From Thraustochytrium aureum (lineage: Eukaryota), in contig BLSG01000431.1 in NCBI GenBank assembly GCA_012862495.1, positions 53,792-96,687 of the forward strand: a stretch of 42,896 nt of DNA. Direction: 5' to 3'. Below the pieces are notes generated by a model, which worked only from the letters and a program-made list of their open reading frames with translations, was not told the DNA's origin and did not search any database. Within the stretch, counting starts at the first letter, position 1. Every line of letters begins with the position of its first letter. This document shows positions 1-10,264 of this stretch, piece by piece. Made by a program: the position numbers and the translations under genes.

Positions 1-3000
1 GAACAAGCTCGCGGTTCTTGTCGCGGCTGCGCTGTGGCTCGAGCTTGGCGCGCTGGGTCAGAATGTAGCTTCTGCAAAACCGCGAGTGCAGATAGTCGCT
101 CTCCAGGTACTCTTGCACCTTTCGGCTCACGCCGAGCAGCCGGGCGAGTTCTTTGCACGACACGCGCCCGGTGCCGTGCGAATCGATTGCGCTGAAGACT
201 TGATCCAGCTCGTCGTCACTGCACCGCACCTGGACCTGGCGCAGCGCCAGCTCGACGTCGAGTCGATCCATGCTCAGCAGAGAGGCGGACTGGTTGACGC
301 TCAAAAGCCACCAGAGCACTTGGTGCTTGTCGTGCCGCCGCGCCTCGTCTTTGCAAACCCGTTCGATGCCCTGGACGATCCTGTGGCATGTGCGCCCAAG
401 CGATCCTGCAAGCTCCGTGTTGCCCTTGCTTTTGCCAAGGAACTCGCGGATGTGGCGCTCTTCGTGCGCGTACTCGCTTTCGTCGAACTGGTCCTGCGGC
501 ATGCTGAGCACCGCGACAAGGTCCTCGCAGACGGGCCTGTCTCCACGGCGGTCGATCATCGCGGCAAAGTTCACCTCGAGGCGCTTCCACTCGGACCCAG
601 ACACAGCAAAGCCTTGCTTTCGCAGAACTGCGCTCACGGTTTGGCTCCGCGGCCGGAAGAGGAGAACTTCGAGCAGATCAGTTCCGCAACGCTCAAGGAC
701 CGTGTGGTACCGACGCAGCTTGTCGCACAGGTCCCGCCCAAGCGCCTCGATCAGCTGCTGCTGGCCGGTGAGACCCTCCCGCGGTGCCGCTACCTCGGGG
801 CGGCGCCTCCCGCCGCTCAGGAACAACTTGAGGTCGGCGAGGTCCACGGCGCCGTCGTTGTCAGCATCCATCTCTCGGAAAAGAAGCGTCGCGTACCGCT
901 TGCTCACCCCATGCCGTCCCAGCGCGGCGGAGACCTCGTTGAGCGACAAAACGCCATCGCAGTTGGTGTCCATTGCGCGGAAAGCGGGGCCGAGCTCCTG
1001 GCTGTTTTTCGTGTTGAGGAGGAGCAACTTGCGCCACTTGTCGACAATGCTGCCTTTGCGCTCGAGCAGCTCTTCCTGCGACGGATTGGCATCCTGCTCC
1101 AGGTCGGCGCCCTCGACCTGAGTTGCGTCCTGGCCGCCGCTCTTCCAGCTGCTCTTTGCGCCAGAAAGGACCCAGTAAGACGAGTTGTGCATGGTGTCGT
1201 TCGTGGCGATGGTGTCGGCCTCGCCTTTCACACGAAGCCGTGCGCGGCGCCGCATGTTGGCTTGCTTGAGCGCACGCCGCATNNNNNNNNNNNNNNNNNN
1301 NNNNNNNNNNNNNNNNNNNNNNNNNNNNNNNNNNNNNNNNNNNNNNNNNNNNNNNNNNNNNNNNNNNNNNNNNNNNNNNNNNNNNNNNNNNNNNNNNNNN
1401 NNNNNNNNNNNNNNNNNNNNNNNNNNNNNNNNNNNNNNNNNNNNNNNNNNNNNNNNNNNNNNNNNNNNNNNNNNNNNNNNNNNNNNNNNNNNNNNNNNNN
1501 NNNNNNNNNNNNNNNNNNNNNNNNNNNNNNNNNNNNNNNNNNNNNNNNNNNNNNNNNNNNNNNNNNNNNNNNNNNNNNNNNNNNNNNNNNNNNNNNNNNN
1601 NNNNNNNNNNNNNNNNNNNNNNNNNNNNNNNNNNNNNNNNNNNNNNNNNNNNNNNNNNNNNNNNNNNNNNNNNNNNNNNNNNNNNNNNNNNNNNNNNNNN
1701 NNNNNNNNNNNNNNNNNNNNNNNNNNNNNNNNNNNNNNNNNNNNNNNNNNNNNNNNNNNNNNNNNNNNNNNNNNNNNNNNNNNNNNNNNNNNNNNNNNNN
1801 NNNNNNNNNNNNNNNNNNNNNNNNNNNNNNNNNNNNNNNNNNNNNNNNNNNNNNNNNNNNNNNNNNNNNNNNNNNNNNNNNNNNNNNNNNNNNNNNNNNN
1901 NNNNNNNNNNNNNNNNNNNNNNNNNNNNNNNNNNNNNNNNNNNNNNNNNNNNNNNNNNNNNNNNNNNNNNNNNNNNNNNNNNNNNNNNNNNNNNNNNNNN
2001 NNNNNNNNNNNNNNNNNNNNNNNNNNNNNNNNNNNNNNNNNNNNNNNNNNNNNNNNNNNNNNNNNNNNNNNNNNNNNNNNNNNNNNNNNNNNNNNNNNNN
2101 NNNNNNNNNNNNNNNNNNNNNNNNNNNNNNNNNNNNNNNNNNNNNNNNNNNNNNNNNNNNNNNNNNNNNNNNNNNNNNNNNNNNNNNNNNNNNNNNNNNN
2201 NNNNNNNNNNNNNNNCTGGCCGCGAGCGGGCTGCCCGACCGAGCACTTCGCGGAACCTGTCGCACATGGCTTCGACATAGCTGCGGCCGCCAGCGGGTGC
2301 TGCAGGGCCAGTCGCGAGCGCGCCCGCTGCCTGCCCGCCGCTGTTTGGCAGCTGTTGGTCGCTTCCCCTTGTGATTGCGCCGCCAGTGCCGCTCTCAGTG
2401 TCAAAAACAAGGTGGACCGGAACGCCTTCCAAAAGCTCGCCATTACACAGCATGATGTCGTATTTGAGGCCGTAGCTCAACGCGCGTCGTACACGTCCAA
2501 TGACGCGGGACCCGTCTTTGCCGACCGCGACCTGCACGAGTCTGCCGTGGGAAAACTTGCCGGTCTCCTCGGATCGGAAAGCGCCGCCTCGTTCGGAGAG
2601 CGCCGCGGGCTGCGTCCCGCCATGCCGCGCGCTGGAACGGTGCACCGTCCTTGTCGCACTCGACGCATTTGCGAGTCGAACAAACCGCAAACTAACATGA
2701 GCTTCCGCGTCGCCGTTTTCGAAGGCGATGTCCACCGACAGGCTCGACTCATGAACCGCGACGATGATACCTGGGAGGTACTGGCGGCGCTCAGACGTTC
2801 GCGCGTAGCAAAAGTCACCAGGTCGTGCCCGCTCGGCCATGTCGCGCACCCGGCTCTTGCCAGTACTGCCACTGGCGTAGGTCAAGGCCGCGCCGCTTGG
2901 CGCTCCAGCGGCGGCCTCTTCGCTTTCCGTCGTCGGGACCGTTGCGTCGGGGCCGAGCAGCTTGATCTCCTGCGTCTCCAGGTCTTTGTGCAGAGCCCCC

Positions 3001-4836
3001 GACGTGTCGGACACGACGTTAAAGCGCCCGGGTTTGCGCGAGACAGAAGCGATGCGACCCCGCTCCCACTGTCCAGAATCGTTGCGAAAGGCCACGGAGA
3101 CCCCCGGTCGGAGCTGCGCTGCGATGCTGGTCAGGTCACTCGTTCGGAAACCAGACTCGGACAGCGACATAGGCAGCCTGACGAGCCAGTCGTTGTAAAA
3201 TACGAGCCCGCCGGAAAGCAATGAGGTAACGTGGGAAAGGACAGGATGCCCGACCAAGTCTGGCCGCGGATGAGCCCAAAACATCGCCGTCAGCGAAGGG
3301 AGAAGACCAGGCTTTGCACGGGCTGACTGGACGAGCTGTTCCACAGCCCCAAGGAAACTGGGGCAGGTCTGCGTCGCCTGGGACAGGCAAAGCTGGACGC
3401 TCTTGACGTGCTTGTTGAAGCTGTTCGCCACAAAGCAGTTAATGTCGGCCTTTTCTGCGCTCTCCTTTTGCGTGTGTACAATTGAGACGCAGCCCTGCAA
3501 GCTTTCTTCTGCACGCTTTACCGCGAACTGGAGGCTCTTATCGATCGGCGAGTACGCCAGCAAGACTGAATGGAACACCTGGCCGACCTTTTCCCAGGTG
3601 CTGCGAACGAGTGCCTGGCCCTCGGGCTTGTGCAAGTCGTCGTCGTCGCCCCAAGACAAACTGCACGCGCTGCCGCGCAATCATGACGGGTCCAACCCAC
3701 ATTTCCACAAACCCAACAGGCTCGCACTCGGTGAAGCGGGAGAGGTGGAGCGCACCGCCCCCGGCAGCCACGGCCTCTGCGTTTGCGGCCTCTTCGGACC
3801 ACTCCACGTCAAAGGAAACGTGATGCTCCTCTCGCAGCCACTTGAACTCTTGCTTGGAAGGGTTGATTGCGATGCCGCCCTGTTCAAAGCGAGGAATGAT
3901 GCAAACTTCGACCCCGGGTCGAAGCAAGCAGGTTTCCTTAGTGAGGTGGCCGGGCACCAATGCGCCCTGCCCAGCCCGTCTGTTAAGTTTGCGCGCCAAA
4001 AAGTCCGCGCTTGACAGGCGCACGTTGAGTCGGTGCTGATGGTTGGAGTACAGAAATGTCGGCCCGTCAACGCCAACGACCGGATAGGGTGCGATCTGCC
4101 GCACGGCTTGCTCGAGGTCTTTGCGTTCGTCGTCGCTCAGCTCTTCTACTTGCTCGTTCACGACCAGTTCCGCCGCAGAGGCGCTGTCCTCGGCCCGCTG
4201 TATTCTGCCTGGTTTGGCCGTCTGGCGTCGCCAAATGCGATGCTCCAGATCCGCTGGGATGCTCGGCGGTCTGTTGGCGGCTCCGCCCGATGGAGTTTCA
4301 CCAGTGCGGAGTTGATGCCCTCGGAGGAGGAGGTCCTCCCTCGGCGTCTCCTTCTGAAGGAACTCAAAGTTTGGCATCACTTGTTGGAGCAGCACGCGCA
4401 CGATCTTTTTCCGGTGCATTGTCAGGGGGACGATTGCTTTCAGTTCGTTGTCGCCTGCTGCAGGACTCGCGTCGCCGGTGCCGCCTTCGTTGTCGCCTGG
4501 ATTGAGCACAGAGTTGACTGCCATTCGCAGCAATTGTTTGCCGCGCACTTGTGCCGAGCTCGGCATGCGTCCTGTGACTGCTTCGATGAACTGCAGCGCG
4601 CGGACGCTGCTCCACTTTGATGCCCAGTGCTTGTCAAAGTTTTCGTTTTTGCTCCAAAACTCTGCTGCGATCACAAGCCGGTCTTTCAAGCACTTGGATT
4701 TTGTCGTCACGTTCGCTCGGGTGTTCGACCTGCTCACCCGCGGGCTCACAAGGGCCCCGCTGAACCTCTGCCCAGGCACGCATTCGCAAAGCACGTCCTC
4801 AGTAGCCGCCCGGCAGTGGCACGGGTACAGCTTCAT
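1..4836 (-). CDS. Large multidomain protein: SAM-like, beta-sandwich, degenerate TIR-like, 3 Tudor-like repeats, EF-hands (3' end outside window; frameshift ~3650; gap 1283-2215)
   Basis: ATG at 4836 (MKLYPCHC...). The frame switches in a G-run near 3650 from ...VQFVLG to GDDDDLHKPEG.... After the gap, a minus frame that I translated by hand stays open from 1282 to base 1 and holds EF-hand loops FRAMDTNCDGVLSLNEV, FREMDADNDGAVDLADL and FSAIDSHGTGRVSCKEL. Joining the pre-gap and post-gap parts into one gene is inferred. Confidence 0.7.
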
Positions 4837-5099
4837 CCCGCCGTCCCGCCAAGCCGCGCGTTGTCCGTCGTGTCGTCCGCGCAGGCGGGGAAGCAAGCGC
4901 GCCAGGCAGCACAAGACGCCTCGGCCGAGCCCAGCCGACTCCCCGCAAGCAAAACAGGCGCGATCAACCCGCAGCCGCCGCCACCCCGCCGCCCTCCTGC
5001 TCTGCCCGCGAGCGCCAAGCGCCGCCACCGAGCAACCAAGCGCCACGACCCGCTCGCTCCTCCGCCCCCAACGGATACCCAACACAAAGAACACAAACG

Positions 5100-5285
5100 A
5101 ACTAAAAGAACAACCGAACAGAAGAACCCGCGAAGAAGAACCTCACTGAACAGGAGAGCCCCTCGCCAGAGGAGTAGGAAGAAGAACTACAAGGAACAAA
5201 AGGAGCCCGCGTCGAAGAACCGCATAGAAGAACCGCATAGAAGAACCACAGAGAAGAACCACAGAGAAGAAACATAGAAGAACCG
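5100..5285. repeat. Degenerate AGAAGAACC-based tandem repeat in a divergent intergenic region
   Basis: About 9 copies of (A)GAAGAAC(C/T) or close variants, e.g. at 5120, 5134, 5214, 5226, 5238, 5253 and 5276. Confidence 0.8.
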
Positions 5286-5349
5286 TGTTTTCCCCCCTTG
5301 ATCAAGATGATGGGATTCCTGACAAACGATGGCAGAACAGATCCCCAAC

Positions 5350-5350
<1 letters not shown>

Positions 5351-5400
<50 letters not shown>
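5351..5400. repeat. (CAG)n microsatellite, ~17 units
   Basis: Perfect trinucleotide run read directly from the sequence. Confidence 0.95.
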
Positions 5401-5648
5401 CCGCGCTGCGCATTGCTTTGACCTGCTGTGTGCGCGACTGTCTGGCGCTGCTTGCTTGCTGAGGACGCCGTTCTGCGTGCGAGCCGTTCTGCATGCGAGC
5501 CGGTCTGCGTGCCTGACGTTCTACTGACGTGCGTGCCTTTCTGCCGGCGCCTTTATTCTGCCTGCGTGGCCGTCTGTCTCTGCGCTTGTGCTCGCGGGGG
5601 CTCGTGCGTGTTGTTGCGCCCCCGGGGACGTCTGGGCTGTTGGTTGGG

Positions 5649-6119
5649 ATGAAGGGGACGGGCCTGCGTCACGGGGCTCTGCGCGGGCAAGGCGAACAGG
5701 CCGAGGCAGAGGAGAGACAGTCGGGGACGGAGAACGAGGACCGGACGCGCGGAGAATGCGATGGGGAGGTTGATCGTTGCGAGGAGAACGCGACGGGAAT
5801 GGGAGCGGCCGGGGACGGCAGCTGCGGTCGCGGGCGAGAGCCGTCGAGAGAGGCGTGCACGCAGGCGCTGCAGACTGCTGCGGAAGCACACGACGGCTGC
5901 CAAGCGGCAATGAACGAGCTGAACGCGTTCGTGTTCCAAGAGGCGGCGGAATTGCTGAAAGGAATGCTGCAGACAGTGCACGACAATCAGCACGTAGTCA
6001 AGGCGGACTGCGCTGAGGTGGCGCAGCTGCTCGACGAGGTCGCCGCACGCGACGAGGCCCTGGCAGAGATACGCGCCGAGCTAAGCGGCGCCGCTGCAGC
6101 GTTTGTACAGATGCCGTAG
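5649..6119 (+). CDS. Hypothetical protein, 156 aa, helical/coiled-coil C-terminal half
   Basis: ATG at 5649, acidic N-terminal part and amphipathic helical C-terminal part (AMNELNAFVFQEAAELLKGMLQTVHDNQ...). The stop is followed by a lower-GC stretch resembling a 3' UTR. No family recognised. Confidence 0.5.
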   Translation: MKGTGLRHGALRGQGEQAEAEERQSGTENEDRTRGECDGEVDRCEENATGMGAAGDGSCGRGREPSREACTQALQTAAEAHDGCQAAMNELNAFVFQEAAELLKGMLQTVHDNQHVVKADCAEVAQLLDEVAARDEALAEIRAELSGAAAAFVQMP

Positions 6120-6311
6120 CAGCACGAGGCCCATAGCTGCGACTAGCGCAACAAGAGCCGCGGCGGCCGACGCCACACGGCAACGCCAAAGAGATGAATC
6201 ACAAGCAATGGCAAGTCTCGGTCTCTCTCTCTCTCTCTCTCTACCAGAAGAGCTAGTAGTCTACTACAGGGAGAACTAATAGAGCTAGTTCGCTGGCCCC
6301 GGAAGCATGAC

Positions 6312-8214
6312 TCAAAGCTGCCTCTTGATGAGCTGCGCAAACGCCCCGCTCTCGTCCTTCATGAGCTCGTCGAACGTGCCCCGCTGCACGATCTTCCCCT
6401 TATCGAGAACCGCAATCCCGTCTGCCGAACGCATGGTCGACAGGCCTTCAGGACCCCGACGCGCAACAAGGCGCCAGCGTCAGCAAACAACGCGATGGGA
6501 CGCTGAAAACAAGCTCTGCAGGGCGGGCGGGAAACTTACGGTGCGCGATAGAGATGACAGAACGCCCCTTCATCATCCGCTCGATCGCCAGCTGGACGTG
6601 GTACTCTTGCTCGCCGTCGAGGGCGCTGGTGGCTTCGTCGAGCAGCACAATGGGGGGATCTTTGAGCATCGCGCNNNNNNNNNNNNNNNNNNNNNNNNNN
6701 NNNNNNNNNNNNNNNNNNNNNNNNNNNNNNNNNNNNNNNNNNNNNNNNNNNNNNNNNNNNNNNNNNNNNNNNNNNNNNNNNNNNNNNNNNNNNNNNNNNN
6801 NNNNNNNNNNNNNNNNNNNNNNNNNNNNNNNNNNNNNNNNNNNNNNNNNNNNNNNNNNNNNNNNNNNNNNNNNNNNNNNNNNNNNNNNNNNNNNNNNNNN
6901 NNNNNNNNNNNNNNNNNNNNNNNNNNNNNNNNNNNNNNNNNNNNNNNNNNNNNNNNNNNNNNNNNNNNNNNNNNNNNNNNNNNNNNNNNNNNNNNNNNNN
7001 NNNNNNNNNNNNNNNNNNNNNNNNNNNNNNNNNNNNNNNNNNNNNNNNNNNNNNNNNNNNNNNNNNNNNNNNNNNNNNNNNNNNNNNNNNNNNNNNNNNN
7101 NNNNNNNNNNNNNNNNNNNNNNNNNNNNNNNNNNNNNNNNNNNNNNNNNNNNNNNNNNNNNNNNNNNNNNNNNNNNNNNNNNNNNNNNNNNNNNNNNNNN
7201 NNNNNNNNNNNNNNNNNNNNNNNNNNNNNNNNNNNNNNNNNNNNNNNNNNNNNNNNNNNNNNNNNNNNNNNNNNNNNNNGCATCGACTTTGCGACCTCGA
7301 GCGGCTCGCCCGCAAACTGGCGGACCGTGCGAACATTGGCGATGACCTCCTCAGCCACCGTGGACGTTTCGGCCAGCGCGTCCTGCACCTCGCCCTGGCG
7401 GCGCTTCATGTATCGCCCGAACGATCGCGCTGCCAGACCCACGGGCGGGATGACGCTCAGGGACACGAAGGCGAGCGTGGGGGAAGTGTAAAAAAGCATG
7501 CCTGTCCCGCCGAGCGCCATAAACACGCTGCGCAGACCGTTGACCATGTTGCCCGTCACAGACTTTTGCACAAGCTGCGTGTCCGCCGAGAGGCGATTGA
7601 TAAGTTCGCCGGTGCGCGTGCGGTCGAAAAACTCGAGGTCCTGGGCAAGAATGGCGGAGAAAAGCTGCTTGCGGAAACGCGCGATCAGGCGCTCGCCCGC
7701 AACGGAGAGCATTGCGCTGCGAGCCACGATCAAGCCGCCCTGGATCACAAACAGGCCCATCAGACCGCCCGCCACGTAGCTGGGCGACAGCCCAGTCCCG
7801 TCTGCCAGCGACAAGTCCAAGATGCGGCCGATCGCGGCGGGGAAAATGAGCGAGATCGAGCTGGTAACGACCAGCGTCCCCATCGAAGCCCCGATCAGGT
7901 TGGCTTCGGGCAGAGCAAGGCTGAGGATGCGCTTCATCGTCTCCTGCGTCGGCGGCTTTTCTGGCTTGGCTGGACCCGCCTTGCCTTCCGCCTTCGACGG
8001 GTCAACCTTGCCCAAATCCCCGGCCTCTGCGCCTACACCACGGGCGGCGAGCCCCCGCACGCGTTGCCTCAGGGTCGCTCCCGTTCCCGTCGCGAGCAAC
8101 CTGTCTCCACCCCACACAGCCCGCTGGCCCACGTTGCAAGCTCCACGCCCGCGCCCGAGCCGCGGTGCGCCTGGCAGCAGCCACAGCAGCCGCGCAGCTC
8201 CACCGCATCGCCAT
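6312..8214 (-). CDS. Mitochondrial ABC half transporter, ABCB10/MDL1-like (one intron, gap, probable frameshift in the transit peptide)
   Basis: ABCB TMD motifs ([39 protein letters not shown]), Walker B/D-loop [13 protein letters not shown], and H-switch IAHR|LST across the intron. TGA at 6312-6314. An Ala/Arg-rich presequence ([24 protein letters not shown]) starts at ATG 8214 in an adjacent frame. Confidence 0.9.
6446..6539 (-). other. Spliceosomal intron (94 nt) in the ABC transporter gene
   Basis: Donor GTAAGT at 6539, branch-like GCTGAC near 6480, acceptor AG at 6447-6446. Splicing restores the conserved [26 protein letters not shown]. Confidence 0.92.
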
Positions 8215-8375
8215 CACGTCCGCCGCGCAGCGCGCGCCGCGCAGCGCGCAACCGGTCAGTCAGTCAGTCCACCCCAGCCCGACCGCCGCCGAGACCGCCG
8301 CGCGTCGCCGCAGCGCCAAGTAACCAGCGAGCGGCACCGCGTACTCTTCCGCAAACAGCGCCCTATCCACCCGCC

Positions 8376-8376
<1 letters not shown>

Positions 8377-8414
<38 letters not shown>

Positions 8415-8437
8415 GGCTCCCGCGAAGGACGACAGCG

Positions 8438-8472
<35 letters not shown>
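8377..8472. repeat. Paired tetranucleotide microsatellites (GCAC)9 and (GCCT)9
   Basis: Perfect runs at 8377-8412 and 8437-8472, upstream of the ABC transporter start. Confidence 0.95.
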
Positions 8473-8473
<1 letters not shown>

Positions 8474-8528
8474 CTGCCCACGCGATGTGGCTCTGCCTCG
8501 GTCCGCTGCCAGCCCGTGCAATGTGTCT

Positions 8529-8695
8529 CTCGAAAAACCCTCACACCACCGCCTCGCCCCGCGTGCCGTGTCCAGGTATCCTCGAAGAACCCTCATAAAT
8601 AGCCGTGTTGCACCGTGTCGAATATTACTCGAATAACCCTCACAATACCGCAATGCGACCACGAGCATGTCTGGCTCTCCTCGAATAAACCTCAC
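8529..8695. repeat. Four regularly spaced copies of a 16-bp motif CTCGAA(A/G/T)AA(C/A)CCTCA(C/T)
   Basis: Copies start at 8529, 8581, 8628 and 8680 (periods 52, 47, 52), separated by largely dissimilar 31-36 nt stretches. Confidence 0.85.
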
Positions 8696-8967
8696 GAAAA
8701 TGCCCACTCCTCCTCCGCAGACAGAGCGTTATCCGCCGCGCGAAGGCGGGCACAAGGTGGGATGGGATAACGGACAGGTTGCGGGGATAACAGGGCTGGC
8801 GTGTGCTGCCGTGTTGGGTGGGGGCGTCCTCGGTGTGCGCCTGGGGCGGTGAACGGTCAAATGTGGTCCGCGATGCGCCAGCCCATGTCGCAGTGGCCGA
8901 ATGGCCCAGCTCGCCGAGGTCATCGCGGTGAAAGAAACGAACTGCACGAGGTGGCCGGCTCGCTGGA

Positions 8968-10161
8968 ATGGAGGATGCTGGCAATCCCGCGACAATGCGC
9001 TCTGGTCAGTGCCCCGTGAACGGGCCGGTGGTCGGCGACGACGACCACTGCGCCACGAGCGTCCTCCGAAGGTTTGAGCTCGTGCAAAAGCTTGGGCATA
9101 GCCCGTGGGGCGTCGTGTGGCGAGCCATGGATAAGGAGACGAGGAAACCTGTCGCGGTGAAAAAGCTGTATGCTGCGCTGCAGACGCGGCGACGAGCGCA
9201 AATGGCCTACCGCGAGATATGTATCCTCGAGAAGCTCGTCGGCGACGACCATATTGTGCAACTGCGACACGTTGTTCGGCCCGCAGAAGCGCCAGACGAC
9301 AATGACGTCTACCTCGTCATGGAGTTGTGGGAAGCCGACCTCCACTGCGCGCTGCGCGCTAGAGTGCTCGAGAACAAGCACTACGCGTACATAATCGCGC
9401 AGCTCGTGCGGGCTCTCCATCACGTGCACCGGCTTGGGTTTGTGCACAGAGATGTCAAGCCGTCTAACGTGCTGATCGACGGCCGCTGCCACGTCCGCCT
9501 CTGCGACTTTGGTCACGCCCGAAGCTGCTTGGGCATGGACGCGCCGGCCTCGCACAACAACATGGGCGGCAGCGCCGCTACCGACTACCTTGGCTCTCGG
9601 TGGTACCGCGCCCCCGAATCGCTGCTTGGCGCTCGGAGGGTTTCTTGCGAGGTCGATATTTGGGGCGTCGGCTGCATTCTCGGCGAGATGCTGAAGGGCC
9701 AAGTGGTTTTCCGCGGAACTGACACCACGGAGCAGCTTCGCCTCATTTTGCAAGTCACGGGCGCTCCAAGCGAACAGGAGATAGCGGAGATGCAGGTTCC
9801 CAGCGCGAGCGAGCAGCTTCACCCCAGCGTTATCGGCAAAGTGGAGCCAAGGGCAATGAGCGAAGTCTTCGAAACAGCGACAGCTGAGGCGCTCGACTTT
9901 ACGCGCCTGTGTCTCCAGTTTTCGCCACACTCGCGCCCCACTGCACGTCGAGCTCTCAAGCACCCGTATTTGATCGAGCACTACCACGAGTATTTCGAGA
10001 TCGACGACCCAACAGAGAGGCCCGCGCCGCTTTTTCTGGACGACAATGTGCTGCACTCGCTGACCGAGTACAAGCACATGGTTGCAGACAATGTTGCAAA
10101 GCGCGAGCGCGAGCTTCAGAGGCAAAGGAGCAAGAAGCAGGGCCGCTTCGGGCCTGGCTAG
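8968..10161 (+). CDS. MAP kinase, MAPK15/ERK7-like, divergent
   Basis: Intact 397-aa ORF with VAVKK, YREI, HRDVKPSN, DFGHARS, activation loop TDYLGSRWYRAPE and DIWGVGCILGEML. The tail LFLDDNVLHSLTEYK resembles the ERK7-type DDN...EY motif. Confidence 0.88.
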   Translation: MEDAGNPATMRSGQCPVNGPVVGDDDHCATSVLRRFELVQKLGHSPWGVVWRAMDKETRKPVAVKKLYAALQTRRRAQMAYREICILEKLVGDDHIVQLRHVVRPAEAPDDNDVYLVMELWEADLHCALRARVLENKHYAYIIAQLVRALHHVHRLGFVHRDVKPSNVLIDGRCHVRLCDFGHARSCLGMDAPASHNNMGGSAATDYLGSRWYRAPESLLGARRVSCEVDIWGVGCILGEMLKGQVVFRGTDTTEQLRLILQVTGAPSEQEIAEMQVPSASEQLHPSVIGKVEPRAMSEVFETATAEALDFTRLCLQFSPHSRPTARRALKHPYLIEHYHEYFEIDDPTERPAPLFLDDNVLHSLTEYKHMVADNVAKRERELQRQRSKKQGRFGPG

Positions 10162-10264
10162 CTAGCTAGAGTAGAGAGAAGGAGAGAGAGAGATCGCCCC
10201 CCAGACAGAGAAAAGGCGCTGGCGTCAGCGATTTGCGTGTCAAGTTGCAAAATTCATACATCCT

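Noticed and set aside
86..3224. Long plus-strand ORFs 86-2374 and 1185-3224
   Set aside because: They are antisense shadows of the GC-rich minus-strand gene, artificially extended through N runs.
5102..5527. Poly-Gln and poly-Leu ORFs over the CAG tract
   Set aside because: They are translations of a microsatellite with non-ATG starts and no other protein-like features.
8529..8695. CRISPR array interpretation of the repeat-spacer pattern
   Set aside because: The repeats are only 16 bp, imperfect and non-palindromic, and the spacers share residual similarity. The context is eukaryotic and no cas-like gene is present.
8920..10125. 401-aa minus-strand ORF opposite the MAPK
   Set aside because: It is an antisense shadow of a codon-biased gene with no recognisable motifs.
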